A stretch of DNA of 64,000 nucleotides from the IMG/VR virus record IMGVR_UViG_3300037851_000431, positions 41,737-105,736 of that record; one strand, given 5' to 3'. Both the position numbers and the translations under genes were made by a program. This stretch comes from a virus. The notes under the pieces are model-generated. The model had not been told where the DNA came from. It did no database searches and saw only the letters and a program-made list of their open reading frames with translations. Shown here one piece after another: positions 9,244 to 21,100 of the stretch (the first letter of the stretch is position 1; each line of letters begins with the position of its first letter).

Positions 9244-12200
9244 GTGGCTGATGTACGAGTAAGGTTTATTGGTGATGCAGCATCGCTACGGAGTTTTTAT
9301 GCCCAATTAGGGAATGAAACCAGAGTAGCAGGGCAGGAAATAAAAAGAGCGGGCGAAAAAGCATTATCCGGTCTTTTTGGAGACAACCCTAATGTTCAAA
9401 TGTCGGGTGTAAGAACTACAATAGATGGTGTTAATAAAACTTTTCGTGCATTAGGTGATGCTGTTTTAACTGTTGATAGACGAGTTGCAGATATTGATTG
9501 GAGAGGGGTTGCGGGGGGAGAGAAAAATTTTAGAAGTACACTTAAAGCGGTACAAGATTTTGAAAGGGCTGCTAGAAGTGGGATAGTAGCAACAGACGAA
9601 CAAACAGAGGCGTATAGACAGCAGAAAGTCCAACTTCAAGCTTTAACAACTCAAATGATGGCAAATACAAGGGTATCAACTCTTAAACAACCTGTTGGAA
9701 TACTAGGTCAAGCTCAAACTGTTTTTGGTAACGAACCTTTCTATGAAATAGCTAAGCAAAATTTAAGTAGACTAAAGCAAACACTCGGAGAAATTGTTCA
9801 AGTACTACCCGGTGTAAATTTAAAAGCACTTACAGCATCAATGAGAGAGCCACTTAAATTAGCAGAAGAATCCTTAAGAAATATGGGGTTAATGGTTGAT
9901 ACAAATGGAAGATTACGAACAACTCAAGGTAGGTTTGCGAGTGTTGCTGATCCAACTGTTGCATCTTTAAGAGAAGAGGTTAGATGGCGAAGACAAAATA
10001 TTGGTGTTATTGAAACTGAAGCAAAAGCTTTAACGCAAAGAAGGATTGCTGCTTCTGCCCAAGGCCGGGTTGCTTTAGGTCAAGCACAACAAGCGGTTAG
10101 TCAAAGTTTTGATATGTTACCACCAATACCAAGTACATTTGGTCAGTTATTAGCGGCAGATAAAAAGGGACAACTATTAAAATTAATGGGTCGATCAGGC
10201 TTTGGAATTGGGCAAAATATCGGTGAGTTATCAAAATCAATAGATGCTTCAGATATCCATGTAGTCGATGATCTTGTTCGTGGTGTAACTAGAGTTAGTG
10301 GATCATTTACAGATGTAAGTGGACGAACGAAAGAATTTTCTGCTGAGTTAGATAAGAACGGAAATATTGTTACAAGATTCGGTGGTCAATTAAGAGGTTT
10401 AAGGCAATTCTTAGCCCAAACAGGGAGAGACTTTCAAAAAGTTGTTGAATGGACAATTGCTACTACTGTTGTATTCGCATCTTTAAGACTTGTAATGCAA
10501 GGATTAGGTATAATCAAAGAATTTGATACACTGTTGGCAAGATTTGGTATAACAGCCCAATTAACAACCGAACAGGCTCGCCAATATTTCGGTGAATTTG
10601 CTCAGATTGCTACCAATACAGCAACACCTTTAAGGGAAATGCTAACTGTAGCCGATGATATAGCACTTGGTACTAGAAAGGCTGGACAGACGACAGAACA
10701 GTGGAAAGCACAGATGCTTGATTTAGCAAATGCTGTTGGTATTTATACTAATTTAACAGGGCAAGATGCTACTAAAGCTACAGATATACTGATTTCATCC
10801 ATGAAACAGTTGGGATTAACTGCTAGTGATGTTGTTGGTGTACTTAACAAAGTTACTGCTGTTGCTGGTGGTCAAGCAGGAGCAATTTCTGACATTTCAC
10901 AAGGTCTAGCCGTTATGGCAGAAGCAGGAAAACAGGCTGGATTAAGTGTTGATCAGCAAATTGCCACTATCCAAGTATTATCTCAGGTAACAGCCAAAAC
11001 TCCTGCTGAAGTTGCAACTGCTTTCAAAAACCTTGTTGGTGCGCTTGATAATCCTGCGGCTATAAAAGCATTGGATAAATATAATATTTCCCTTAAAGAT
11101 CAGGAAGGTAATCTAAGAAATATTATTGATATTTATGGTGAGATAAATCAAAAAATACGACAAGGTGTAATCCCTGCTAGTGATGTTAAAGGGCTATTAC
11201 GAGCCATTTCAGGCGGTCCTAGAAGGCTTCCAGATGCAGCCGCATTGCTTTCAAATATTGATAGTGTTAATGACGTTACCCAAAAGAGCATTAGTGCAAC
11301 TAATGAAGCCTTAGTTGCAAACGCCAAAGTATTAGATACCTTAAATGCTAAGTGGATACAGCTTCAAAACCTTCTTCAGAAAAATTTGTTTGGATCATTT
11401 GGTTCTCAATTTAGATCGCTAGCAGAAGCCGGTATAGACGCATTAACTGCAATAACAAATTTAACCTCGCAATTTTCTTCCGCTATAGTAGTAATACTTA
11501 AATTTGTGGCTGTACTAGCACTTGTTAAAGGTGGTTTAGCAATATTTAAAGCCATTTCTGGAACATTCGGTAATATGGCATTTGCATTGTCAGGTGGATA
11601 CGTAGCAATGCAAGAAAATGTTAAAAGATTAGTAGCAATGACAGAAGCGCAGAGAGCGTATGCGGCTACTACCAGAACAACAACTGGAATTACATGGCAA
11701 AATACATTTGCTATTCAAGAACAGGTAGTGGCTATGGAAAAGGCGGCTATTACTCAAGCAACTTTCTCACAAAGAATGAAAGATTGGGGAAAAGCTGCTA
11801 AAGGAGCTTTTGCCGGTGTTGCAGCGGGTGCTGCTGCTGGTGCAGTAATGGGTGGTTTAGCAACAGGAGGAGATATTAGAGGAATTGCCGGTGGTGGATT
11901 AATGGCCGGTGGCTTAGGATTAATGCAAATTCCATCTCCTTATGGAATTAGTCAAATTGCTGGTCTATCAATGATGGTGGGGGGTTTTGCATTAACACAG
12001 CTTACAGGGGACCAACAAAAAGCCGCAGATGCTACCAAGATGCAAGTAGAAGAATTAACAAATCTTATTAAACAATATGAGGAAGCAGGTGCAATATATA
12101 GTAATGCTTCTAAAGCAAATAAAGAATTAGAAAAAACTATTGGAGATTTAAATAGTAAGACAAATAAATCAGCAGCAGAGCTTGAACAATTAAAAGAATT

Positions 12201-14376
12201 CCAAAGAACATATACCTCAAATGTACTTGAAATGGCTGATGCAACCCGACAATTAGATGATGCACAAGCTAAAATTTTAGAGAGTACTGGACAAGTAGGT
12301 TCCCGAATTACTAAGCCACTCTTGGAAGCAGGGAGATTAACCACCGCCTCTATGCAACAGCTTAAAAGAGAAGTATATTCTGGTTTATTTGGAATTTCTG
12401 ATCAACCAATCAGAGGTACCATACCTTGGGGTACTACTGGTAGAGGAGCATTAGCTACTGCTGGCTCAAGTATAGCAAGAAGTTTAGCACCCGATAAAAT
12501 CGTGGTGGGTTCAACGGGTGAAACCCAAGCTTTCTATAAAGAGATTAATTTAGCAAAATTAAATGCTGAATCTGTTAAGGAATTATTTGATGAACTAGGA
12601 AATCTTAAATTTAATATTCCTATAAATGCTGAAAATTTAAAAAATATAGATAAAGCATTACAGTCTATAAAAGGTACTGTTCCTGATGAAGTGTTTAATA
12701 GGATGGAATTGTCTCTTTATGCTGCCGCCGGTGCTGGCTCTCAATTATATGCTACCCTTTTCCAAATAGATAACGCTATTGCTGAGTTACAAACACGCTC
12801 TATATTAGCACTTATTAATCCTGATGATGCCGCAAACGCAGAAAAAGTTTTAAATGCGATGAAAAATATTATTCCTCAACTTGAAACTAATACAAATATG
12901 CTAGGACAAAGTTTGGGTACTAGTGGGTGGCAAGGAGCTTCAACTGTTGGACAAACGAGACTTGATGAATTAAGTAAATTAACAGCACAAATAATGTACG
13001 GTGATTTATCAAAAGAACAGTTAACAACTGTTTTTGAAAGAGTAGCTGAAATAACAAACGAGTTAACAGGACAAGCATCTAAATGGGACGATATTAATTA
13101 TCGTCTAGCATTTATGTCAAATTTAGCTGAGTTGTTTGGATTAAAAGGTAAATTAGCTTTTGATGATGTAACGGTATCTGCTAGGGATTTTACAGAAGAG
13201 TTAGAAGCAATGACAGGTGCTTTGGAAAAAGCCCGAGACAGTTTCTTAGGGTCATTAGCTGAAAAATCCGCCTCTTTACAGGCAGATATTTTGGGGGGCC
13301 AGTTTAAAGATAAGCCCGGTGAGCAAGCATTTTTACAAGGACAACTTCAGGCCGCATTTGATGCCATAGATGCATATAATGCTGTTATAGCCAGTTTGGA
13401 AAATTTAAAAGATCGAGCAGCAGAAGCAAAAATAAACTTTGAGAATCTTTCACAGGGAATTATAAGTGATTTTGGAGCAAGTTTAGCGAAAATACCGGGT
13501 TTGGAAGACGCTGCCTCCTTGTCATTAGATCAATTAATGACAAGATTATTAGAATTGGGTTTCCGAATGGGCTTAAGTAGAGAACAGATGGGAAAATTAA
13601 TTGAAAAGATAGCTGAGTTACCTAAATTAATTAAAGACATTGGTGATTTAAAACTTAGGTTTGGTATAGTTGGAGATTTAAGCGAGGCAATTAATTCATT
13701 TAAACTACTATCTAATGCGACTGCTAGATTAGCAAAAATTTTTCCTCAGTGGCAGGGTATGGCAGATATGTTTGCTGGTATAGTTAGTGATTTACAAGAA
13801 GGGCAAAATAGAATAAATACATGGGCATCAGATATTGGTGGTTATTATGCTGGCGGTAGAGGCAATGTAGCTACAGGTAGTAGTTCTGCTGCTGCTAGAC
13901 AGGCGGGAATGTTGGAAATTCCTGATGAGTTCAGGGAAATGAATAGACCAGTAATTGATCTAGTAAAAGAAGCTGTTGCTAATGCAAAACTTATACAAAG
14001 TCAAATACCGGGAGAAGCCAAACGAAATAAAGACCAAATTGTAGCCATTTTTGATGGTGTAAAGAAAATTCTTCAAACCAAAGGTATTGGGGAAGAATAT
14101 CTACGCAAGGCTATGCAAGATTTGACAGATGAAATAAAGAAACAAAATGAATTACTTGCCAAAGCAGATACCATGAGAAGAATTCGTGTTGGAGCAGGAG
14201 ATTTTGCAGCCCTCGCAAATGTTCCTATCAATGCAAAATCTGGTATCAGTTTAGGAAGTCCAGAGGGACCAATAACAATTAGTTTAAATGTTACTGGACA
14301 AATATTAACCCCAGCACAGATACAACAATTAGCTGAATTCTTAGGTGCTGCGTTAGGCCGTCATATAGGAGGGTAA
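9244..14376 (+). CDS. Tape measure protein
   Basis: 1710 aa, Ala/Gly-rich and helical, TP901-like TMP core (AEVATAFKNL...DQEGNLRNIIDI), central hydrophobic segments. Confidence 0.92.
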   Translation: MADVRVRFIGDAASLRSFYAQLGNETRVAGQEIKRAGEKALSGLFGDNPNVQMSGVRTTIDGVNKTFRALGDAVLTVDRRVADIDWRGVAGGEKNFRSTLKAVQDFERAARSGIVATDEQTEAYRQQKVQLQALTTQMMANTRVSTLKQPVGILGQAQTVFGNEPFYEIAKQNLSRLKQTLGEIVQVLPGVNLKALTASMREPLKLAEESLRNMGLMVDTNGRLRTTQGRFASVADPTVASLREEVRWRRQNIGVIETEAKALTQRRIAASAQGRVALGQAQQAVSQSFDMLPPIPSTFGQLLAADKKGQLLKLMGRSGFGIGQNIGELSKSIDASDIHVVDDLVRGVTRVSGSFTDVSGRTKEFSAELDKNGNIVTRFGGQLRGLRQFLAQTGRDFQKVVEWTIATTVVFASLRLVMQGLGIIKEFDTLLARFGITAQLTTEQARQYFGEFAQIATNTATPLREMLTVADDIALGTRKAGQTTEQWKAQMLDLANAVGIYTNLTGQDATKATDILISSMKQLGLTASDVVGVLNKVTAVAGGQAGAISDISQGLAVMAEAGKQAGLSVDQQIATIQVLSQVTAKTPAEVATAFKNLVGALDNPAAIKALDKYNISLKDQEGNLRNIIDIYGEINQKIRQGVIPASDVKGLLRAISGGPRRLPDAAALLSNIDSVNDVTQKSISATNEALVANAKVLDTLNAKWIQLQNLLQKNLFGSFGSQFRSLAEAGIDALTAITNLTSQFSSAIVVILKFVAVLALVKGGLAIFKAISGTFGNMAFALSGGYVAMQENVKRLVAMTEAQRAYAATTRTTTGITWQNTFAIQEQVVAMEKAAITQATFSQRMKDWGKAAKGAFAGVAAGAAAGAVMGGLATGGDIRGIAGGGLMAGGLGLMQIPSPYGISQIAGLSMMVGGFALTQLTGDQQKAADATKMQVEELTNLIKQYEEAGAIYSNASKANKELEKTIGDLNSKTNKSAAELEQLKEFQRTYTSNVLEMADATRQLDDAQAKILESTGQVGSRITKPLLEAGRLTTASMQQLKREVYSGLFGISDQPIRGTIPWGTTGRGALATAGSSIARSLAPDKIVVGSTGETQAFYKEINLAKLNAESVKELFDELGNLKFNIPINAENLKNIDKALQSIKGTVPDEVFNRMELSLYAAAGAGSQLYATLFQIDNAIAELQTRSILALINPDDAANAEKVLNAMKNIIPQLETNTNMLGQSLGTSGWQGASTVGQTRLDELSKLTAQIMYGDLSKEQLTTVFERVAEITNELTGQASKWDDINYRLAFMSNLAELFGLKGKLAFDDVTVSARDFTEELEAMTGALEKARDSFLGSLAEKSASLQADILGGQFKDKPGEQAFLQGQLQAAFDAIDAYNAVIASLENLKDRAAEAKINFENLSQGIISDFGASLAKIPGLEDAASLSLDQLMTRLLELGFRMGLSREQMGKLIEKIAELPKLIKDIGDLKLRFGIVGDLSEAINSFKLLSNATARLAKIFPQWQGMADMFAGIVSDLQEGQNRINTWASDIGGYYAGGRGNVATGSSSAAARQAGMLEIPDEFREMNRPVIDLVKEAVANAKLIQSQIPGEAKRNKDQIVAIFDGVKKILQTKGIGEEYLRKAMQDLTDEIKKQNELLAKADTMRRIRVGAGDFAALANVPINAKSGISLGSPEGPITISLNVTGQILTPAQIQQLAEFLGAALGRHIGG

Positions 14377-14381
14377 AGTAA

Positions 14382-15107
14382 ATGCCTTTAGGACCATCAC
14401 AACAATATCTCGCTGAATATAATGGATATACTTTACCCGGATATGTTCAGAGTGAATCCTTTGATTCTATTATGAATATAGCTCCACATTATGGGGTATA
14501 CATCGATGGCTCACCGTCTGAGGAGTTGGGCCTACAAAATAAAAAACTCTCCTTGACTTTAAAAGTGTGGGAAACAGATTATTTAACCTGTAAACAGCAG
14601 GTTGAATTAGCCTATACCTATCTTAGAAGTTTTCGTAATGGATTTGCTCAACTAAAAGTACAATATCCTGACAAACATTACATGGCAATGGTTATATCCA
14701 TTACAACAGAAAAATCTGTACCATCATCAGTACGAGTGCTTGAGTATAAGGTAGATTTTGAGTGCAAGCCTTGGCTTATAGGTGAAACACTTCATAGTAT
14801 TAGTAGTGATACAGACGAAGTTGGACGAACCTTAGATAATGGCGGGTGGGCACCAACTATTACTACTCTTACAGGAACCAGTATAAGTGGTATAACAGCA
14901 GACGGTCAATCAACCGGCAGCGTGGTCACTACAGGCGTTACAGGGCTTGTTATAGACACAGAAGCATTCACCGCTACCATTGGTGGGGTAAATAAAAATG
15001 AGTTGGTTACAACAAAGGATTATAGGCTTTATGTTGGCCCCGGAAAAACCACCTTTACAGTAGATGGATCGGCAACTATACAATGGTATGATCGTTGGTA
15101 TATATAG
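14382..15107 (+). CDS. Distal tail protein (Dit)
   Basis: Directly after TMP; YKVDFECKPW and LYVGPGKTTF...WYDRW patterns. Confidence 0.75.
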   Translation: MPLGPSQQYLAEYNGYTLPGYVQSESFDSIMNIAPHYGVYIDGSPSEELGLQNKKLSLTLKVWETDYLTCKQQVELAYTYLRSFRNGFAQLKVQYPDKHYMAMVISITTEKSVPSSVRVLEYKVDFECKPWLIGETLHSISSDTDEVGRTLDNGGWAPTITTLTGTSISGITADGQSTGSVVTTGVTGLVIDTEAFTATIGGVNKNELVTTKDYRLYVGPGKTTFTVDGSATIQWYDRWYI

Positions 15108-15154
15108 ACTAATAATATAGTCTTCTTCAATACAATGAAGGTAGGTGAATAGGA

Positions 15155-18100
15155 ATGGAGTATCAAAACTACGGACAAGCGGTAGTCTATATTGTTCTGC
15201 CTTATGTAGTTGAGTGGAAGTTTGATGAAATTTCTGGAAGTACGCTGTACGATACTCTCAATACTAATAACCTTACCGTTACAGGGGCGCTTACCCTTAA
15301 TCAAGCAGGACCGAATTTATATAATTCAAGCGATAGGGCTGTTACCTTTCCGGGTTCAACAAGTGCCTATGCGGTCAAAACTTCCCCCACAGGATTACCT
15401 ACTGGCGCTTCGGCGCGTTCTATTGAGGTTTGGTTTAAAACCACGTCTACTGCTACCCAAACTCTTATAAGTTATGGTACTGCCAGTACTCGACAAAGTT
15501 TTGGTCTTAAGATAAATGGATCAAATTCTATAGGGTTTTGGACATATAGTGATGATGGATACTATCCAGCAACAGTAAATAATGGAGCTTGGCATCAACT
15601 TGTTGTAACATATAATGGTGGAGTAATTGTTTACGCATATTTAGATGGTATTCAGATTGGAGGAAAAAATCTCGGGGGAACCTTAAATACTGTTGTTAAT
15701 GCTAATGGTATAGTAGTAGGAAAAGATTTTCATGCTAGTGCTAATGCATTTAACGGGCAGATAGGTCAGATTAAAGTCTATAATTTTAAATTATCTCCAA
15801 TACAAATTTCATCTCAATATAATTTAATATTAAGAGGATTTAGTCTTGCACAAGCACAAGCAGCCATTCGTGGATTTGTATATGCTCAAACACAAACAGA
15901 AATAACACCAACTAAAGCCGCTTTTGCTCAAAGCGAAGTTTTTATAAATAACTGGAATGTTTTTGCTCAAGCTCAAGCCTTTATTTTTACTTATATAAGT
16001 TTAGGACAGGCAGAAACTTTTATTGGTCCTAGATATAAAATTGCTCAAGCAAAAATACTTGTAGATTCTCCTATTAAAAATGCTCTAGCTTCAGTTAGAG
16101 CACAAATAACTGCTACTACAATACATGGTCTTGCTCAGGTAAAAATATGGGACCAAAGAGCATTCGGTCAAGCGCACACTAACATACTTCTACCTTTCTA
16201 TTGGGAAGATCATCAGTTAAAAGATGATGTGTTTGAAGCAGAAACAATATACCTAGGAAGAAATACTTATATAGGCCCACAAAATCTAAATAGTTTTACA
16301 GTAAATACAGGTGAAATTTACGATCCTACCTACGTAGGAACATATTATAAAACAGGCTGGATAAAAATTGTAGTATCCAGTTCTATGACTTTAAGAATAG
16401 ATACTTTTGGTAGTACTGGAAATCCCTATCTATCTCTTATGGCTAATGAACCGGGAAGTTTCGACTTTTATAATTGGGGATATAAAACACTTCCTGCATG
16501 TGGTGTTGCTGCTGGTACTTATTATATCGAAGTATCTGCTGATTCTGGTGCTTCTCTCGATAGTGTTTATTTAAGAATAAGTAGTACTAGTTTTCCTGCA
16601 TCATCTCCTCAGGCTTTAGGTCAGGCACAAGTATATATTTATCGAGCGCCCCAAAATGATACACAAATCTATAGCCAATCTTTGACTTATACTTTAAGAG
16701 AACAAGATTATTATAATGAAATAATAGATAATGATGATCCTCTTGCTTATTATAAATTTAATGAAGATGTAGATTATTTATATAATGATGGAATTATAGA
16801 TTCATTAGGAAATAGAAATATAATCTATAATTATTCCAACGGTGAGTCTAAACCTCTTTATATTCAGGGTCCAATTTGGCCTGATTTCAGGGGTATACAA
16901 CTTGGTCAATCTTATGTGTATTATTATAGTAGCACACAAGGATTATTTACAGGAACTCAGGGTTGGGCAATAGAGTATTGGGTAAGACCAAATAATCCAG
17001 ATCAATCTTGGTGTTTTAGACTGTATGATTATAATACATCAGACTATTATATATATCTTGGCTTAGGTGATCCATCTAATGTGCCCGAAGGTAGTTTACC
17101 TTGGTATAATTATACGCCTAACGTGGGAACGCAAGCTATCTTGGCAGTCTATGATTATACTAATAGTACATATTATTATAATTATATTGCTAGTCCATCA
17201 CCTATTTCTAATGAGGATTGGCATCATGTTGTAGGTACTCTTTCAAATGATGGTACAACACTTAAACTTTATGTAGATGGAAAATTAGTAGCATCTAAAG
17301 CATTAGGACATAATGCTAATAAAGTTTGGACAGGCTGGCATCAATATATTCCCGATGATTCGGCTTATAATGTACAAATAGATGACTATGTTATTTATGA
17401 TCATGAGTTAACAGAAGATCGGGTATTAAGACACTATAATCTTGTTAATTATGTTTCTTCAGATACACAATTTATCTGGTCACAGGCTCAAACCTTTGTT
17501 GTTTATCAAGACGGTAATACGTATACACGATTTAATGTAGGTCAAGCTCAAGTATATAGTGGCTCATACAAAATATTTGCTCAAGCTATATGTATAATCA
17601 AAGTAATAACTGATAGTTATGGTTTATTAGTAGCACAAGATGGAGCAGTTCATTTATATGGAATGCATTTAATAAATGCTAGCGGCGGCAGTGATATATA
17701 CTATTGGGATGATGATATAGGGACGGCTGATGTTTCTAGTTTTTCTGGTACATTTAATTATACACTTTCTCCTATTGGTTCTGAGTATTATGGTTTAGTT
17801 CAAAGTACAACTTCTGCTAATAGATATTGGACTAGTTCTGCTACTAATAGATTAAAAGAGCTTTATGATGTAACTAAATCATGGACAATTGAAACATGGG
17901 TTAGATCACCGGGGTCCGCTAATCAACAGGGATGGGTATGGTCATTAGGTGCAACATCCCCCGGATATTATCTCGCAGCATTAGGTTTTGGAAGTGGTAC
18001 TACTAATCCCGCTAATGGAAATCAAATTATTGTTCATTTTTATAATCCTACTACATATGGAACTGTTTATGATACTGGAATAACTTACACCCCTAATACT

Positions 18101-21100
18101 TGGTATCATACCGCAGTTACTTATAACGGTAATAAGGTTTTTAGTGTTTACATAAATGGAACATTAGTTAAAACAATTAATTATTCTTATTGGTTATATA
18201 ATTTACCATATTTTTATCTAGCTTATAATTTTTATTGGGGATCAAATAGTGTAGTATTAGCATACGATAATTTAGCAATCTACCCATTTGAATTGTCTCT
18301 AAGTAAAATTATATCCCATTCTGAATATAGGGCAACAATTACAAATGCTTATGCTTCCGCATCATTCCAAATAAATTCTAATAAATATAATCAGTATGCA
18401 AGTGCTGCATTCTATCCTTGGAATCCTACTGGAACAAATAAAGTACAACAGTACTCTCAGGCTGCTTCCTATCGCCCTTACTACGTATTTGGTCAGGCAA
18501 ATGCTATTACAAATGTTATACAACAATCATATTATGGATTAGCTGTTGCTAGTATTTTACAAACATATCCTTTACCAGATTATAAAGCAGTGGTATTGGC
18601 AGATACACCGGATGTATATTGGCCGTTTGATGATAGTACTGTTACTACCGCGAAAGAGATTGTTGCTAATAAAATAGCAACACTTGGAGGTTCAAGTACA
18701 TCACCAACACCAAATACCTATATTGGATATGGTGGTATTGATCCCGGTTGGTCGTGGGCAGGAACATCAAGATATGTATATACTAGTTATGCTCAACCTT
18801 CTACTAATATTGCTATTGTAGAAGCATGGTTTAAAACTACAGGAACAGGTGAAATTTGGCAAGGTCGCTATAATCTTGCAGGGAATACCTCTGGAAAAGG
18901 TATTACTTTAACATTAAATTCAACTGTAGGATTTGGATGCGAAAACGGTAAACTTAACTTCTTTGTAAATTCTGATGGTATACTACACGGCATTAAATCC
19001 AATAATTTCTATAACGATAATCAGTTATATCATGTTGTAGCAGCATGGCGATCTAGTACGGGTGTAGGACTTAATAATAGTCAATTTAGTTTGTATGTAA
19101 ATGGAGTACAAATCTCAACTACGAACCTTAGTACGGCTGGATCGGCTACAGCACCATTAGCAGGAAATACTGATACCCCATTCGCGGGCGCAAGGTATGG
19201 TGTTTTCTCAGGTTATTTATCAAATATAGCATTCTATACACATGATCTAACAACCGATCAAATTCTTGCCCACTACGATGCCAGAGGATTAGCTGTTAAT
19301 GCTCGTCCTTTTGGTCAAGCACAGGTATATATTGGACACTTTTTGCCCGGTTTAGCTCAAGCCCTAATACGGCAAACTACACCTAATTATCCTGTATTTG
19401 GTGATAATGGTCCATTTGGTTTAGCTCAAACAATTATTTGGCCATTTAAATTTGGTTTAGCTATAGCACAAATTGCTTGGGAACAGGAAGGTTATAGAAA
19501 AACTGTACTTGCAGATAAACCTATTTTATACTACCCAATGGAGGAACCAAACTTTAACAATGATCTTACAAATCTTGTAAGATATCCTGTAGGTGGTTCA
19601 GCAAATTATAGTGCTTCGTCTGTTTATAGTGCTTCATATTCGGTTGACAAAGCTGCTGATGGTAACTATGCCGATGGTTGGGCAGCCCTAGGTTATACAT
19701 CAGGAGAATATTGGAAAGTAACTTGGACTGTACCTCAAACCTTTAAAACTCTTAGGTTGGTTGCTAGACCCGGTAATGATTATTTTGGTATTGGTTACAT
19801 TGAATTATATGATGGTACTAATACAACAATAATAGATAATATAACTTACCCGCCTACTCCAAACGGAAGTTCAATTTATACTATAAATGCAGAAAATATT
19901 CTGTCTATGAAATTAGTAAGTACAAGTGGGGGGGTATCTAATCCCGGCTTCTCAGAGGTAGAGGCGTTTGATGCTTACGATGCGGCTGGTGTTTTACATA
20001 CAATAGTAGGCCGAAGAAATGGTTATTGGACAGGAGCATCGGCTACATTTAATGGGGTAAGTCCTGTATATCCCGGTAAGTCCATCGCATTTAATGGTAA
20101 TGCGGTATATATTTCCCCTAATGTTAACTATACTACAATTACTGAAAATTTAACTATTCCCGGTATTTATTCTTCTGTAGATAATCATAATATTATAGGA
20201 AATGATTTTTGGGCAGTAACAGGAGATACCATTACCTTTAGATTAAAAATGACAAATGGTTCTCCTTATAGTATAGGTGTATACGATGTAACAAATGGGG
20301 GAGCCAACAACTGGCTCCAAGTTGCCAGTCAGTATTCGTATATTGATGAAAATGGTTACAAAGTCTTTAATATTACTATCACTGCTACAGGATTTTTTCA
20401 CCCCTATATTTATAGTTATAGTAGCTCTTATGCTGGAACAGGTACTATAACAAGAAAACATTACGATCAAGATTCTATGATTCCAATAGGAGATTTTCCA
20501 ACTCCTAATAATGCCTGTGTAACAATTGAAAGCTGGGTTAAATGGGATGGAACAACAAATCGAATGATCTTTGGATTTGATTGGAATGATTTGTTTGTAA
20601 TCTCACAATCAGGTATAGGCTTTATAGGATTTAATACAGGTAATAGTGATAATTATGGGGTAGCCGCCTTGTCTGTTGGCGGTTGGTATCATATAGTTGC
20701 TGTCTTTTATGCTGGACAGTATACAACTATTAAAAATAAGTTGTATATAAACGGTGTTCGTCAAGAATTAGCATACATAGATGGTAATATATCAAGACAA
20801 TATCCTACATTTGGACAAGATTTTTATATAGGAAGTTGGCCTACTAATACATCATATCAGTGGACAGGCGCTCTAGATGAGTTTGCTATCTTTAATTATG
20901 AGTTAACACCTGAACAGATATTAACACATTATAATGCGAGAACAAACTTTCAAGCATTTGCTTATAGCCAAGCACATATTTACGTTTACGGCGGAAGTGG
21001 CGATCCTCCATATCCACGTAATCAGATGTATGCCGGTGCCTTTACTCATGTTAATACACATTTTGGAATTGCTCAAGCCGAAGCAAGAATTATAGGAACC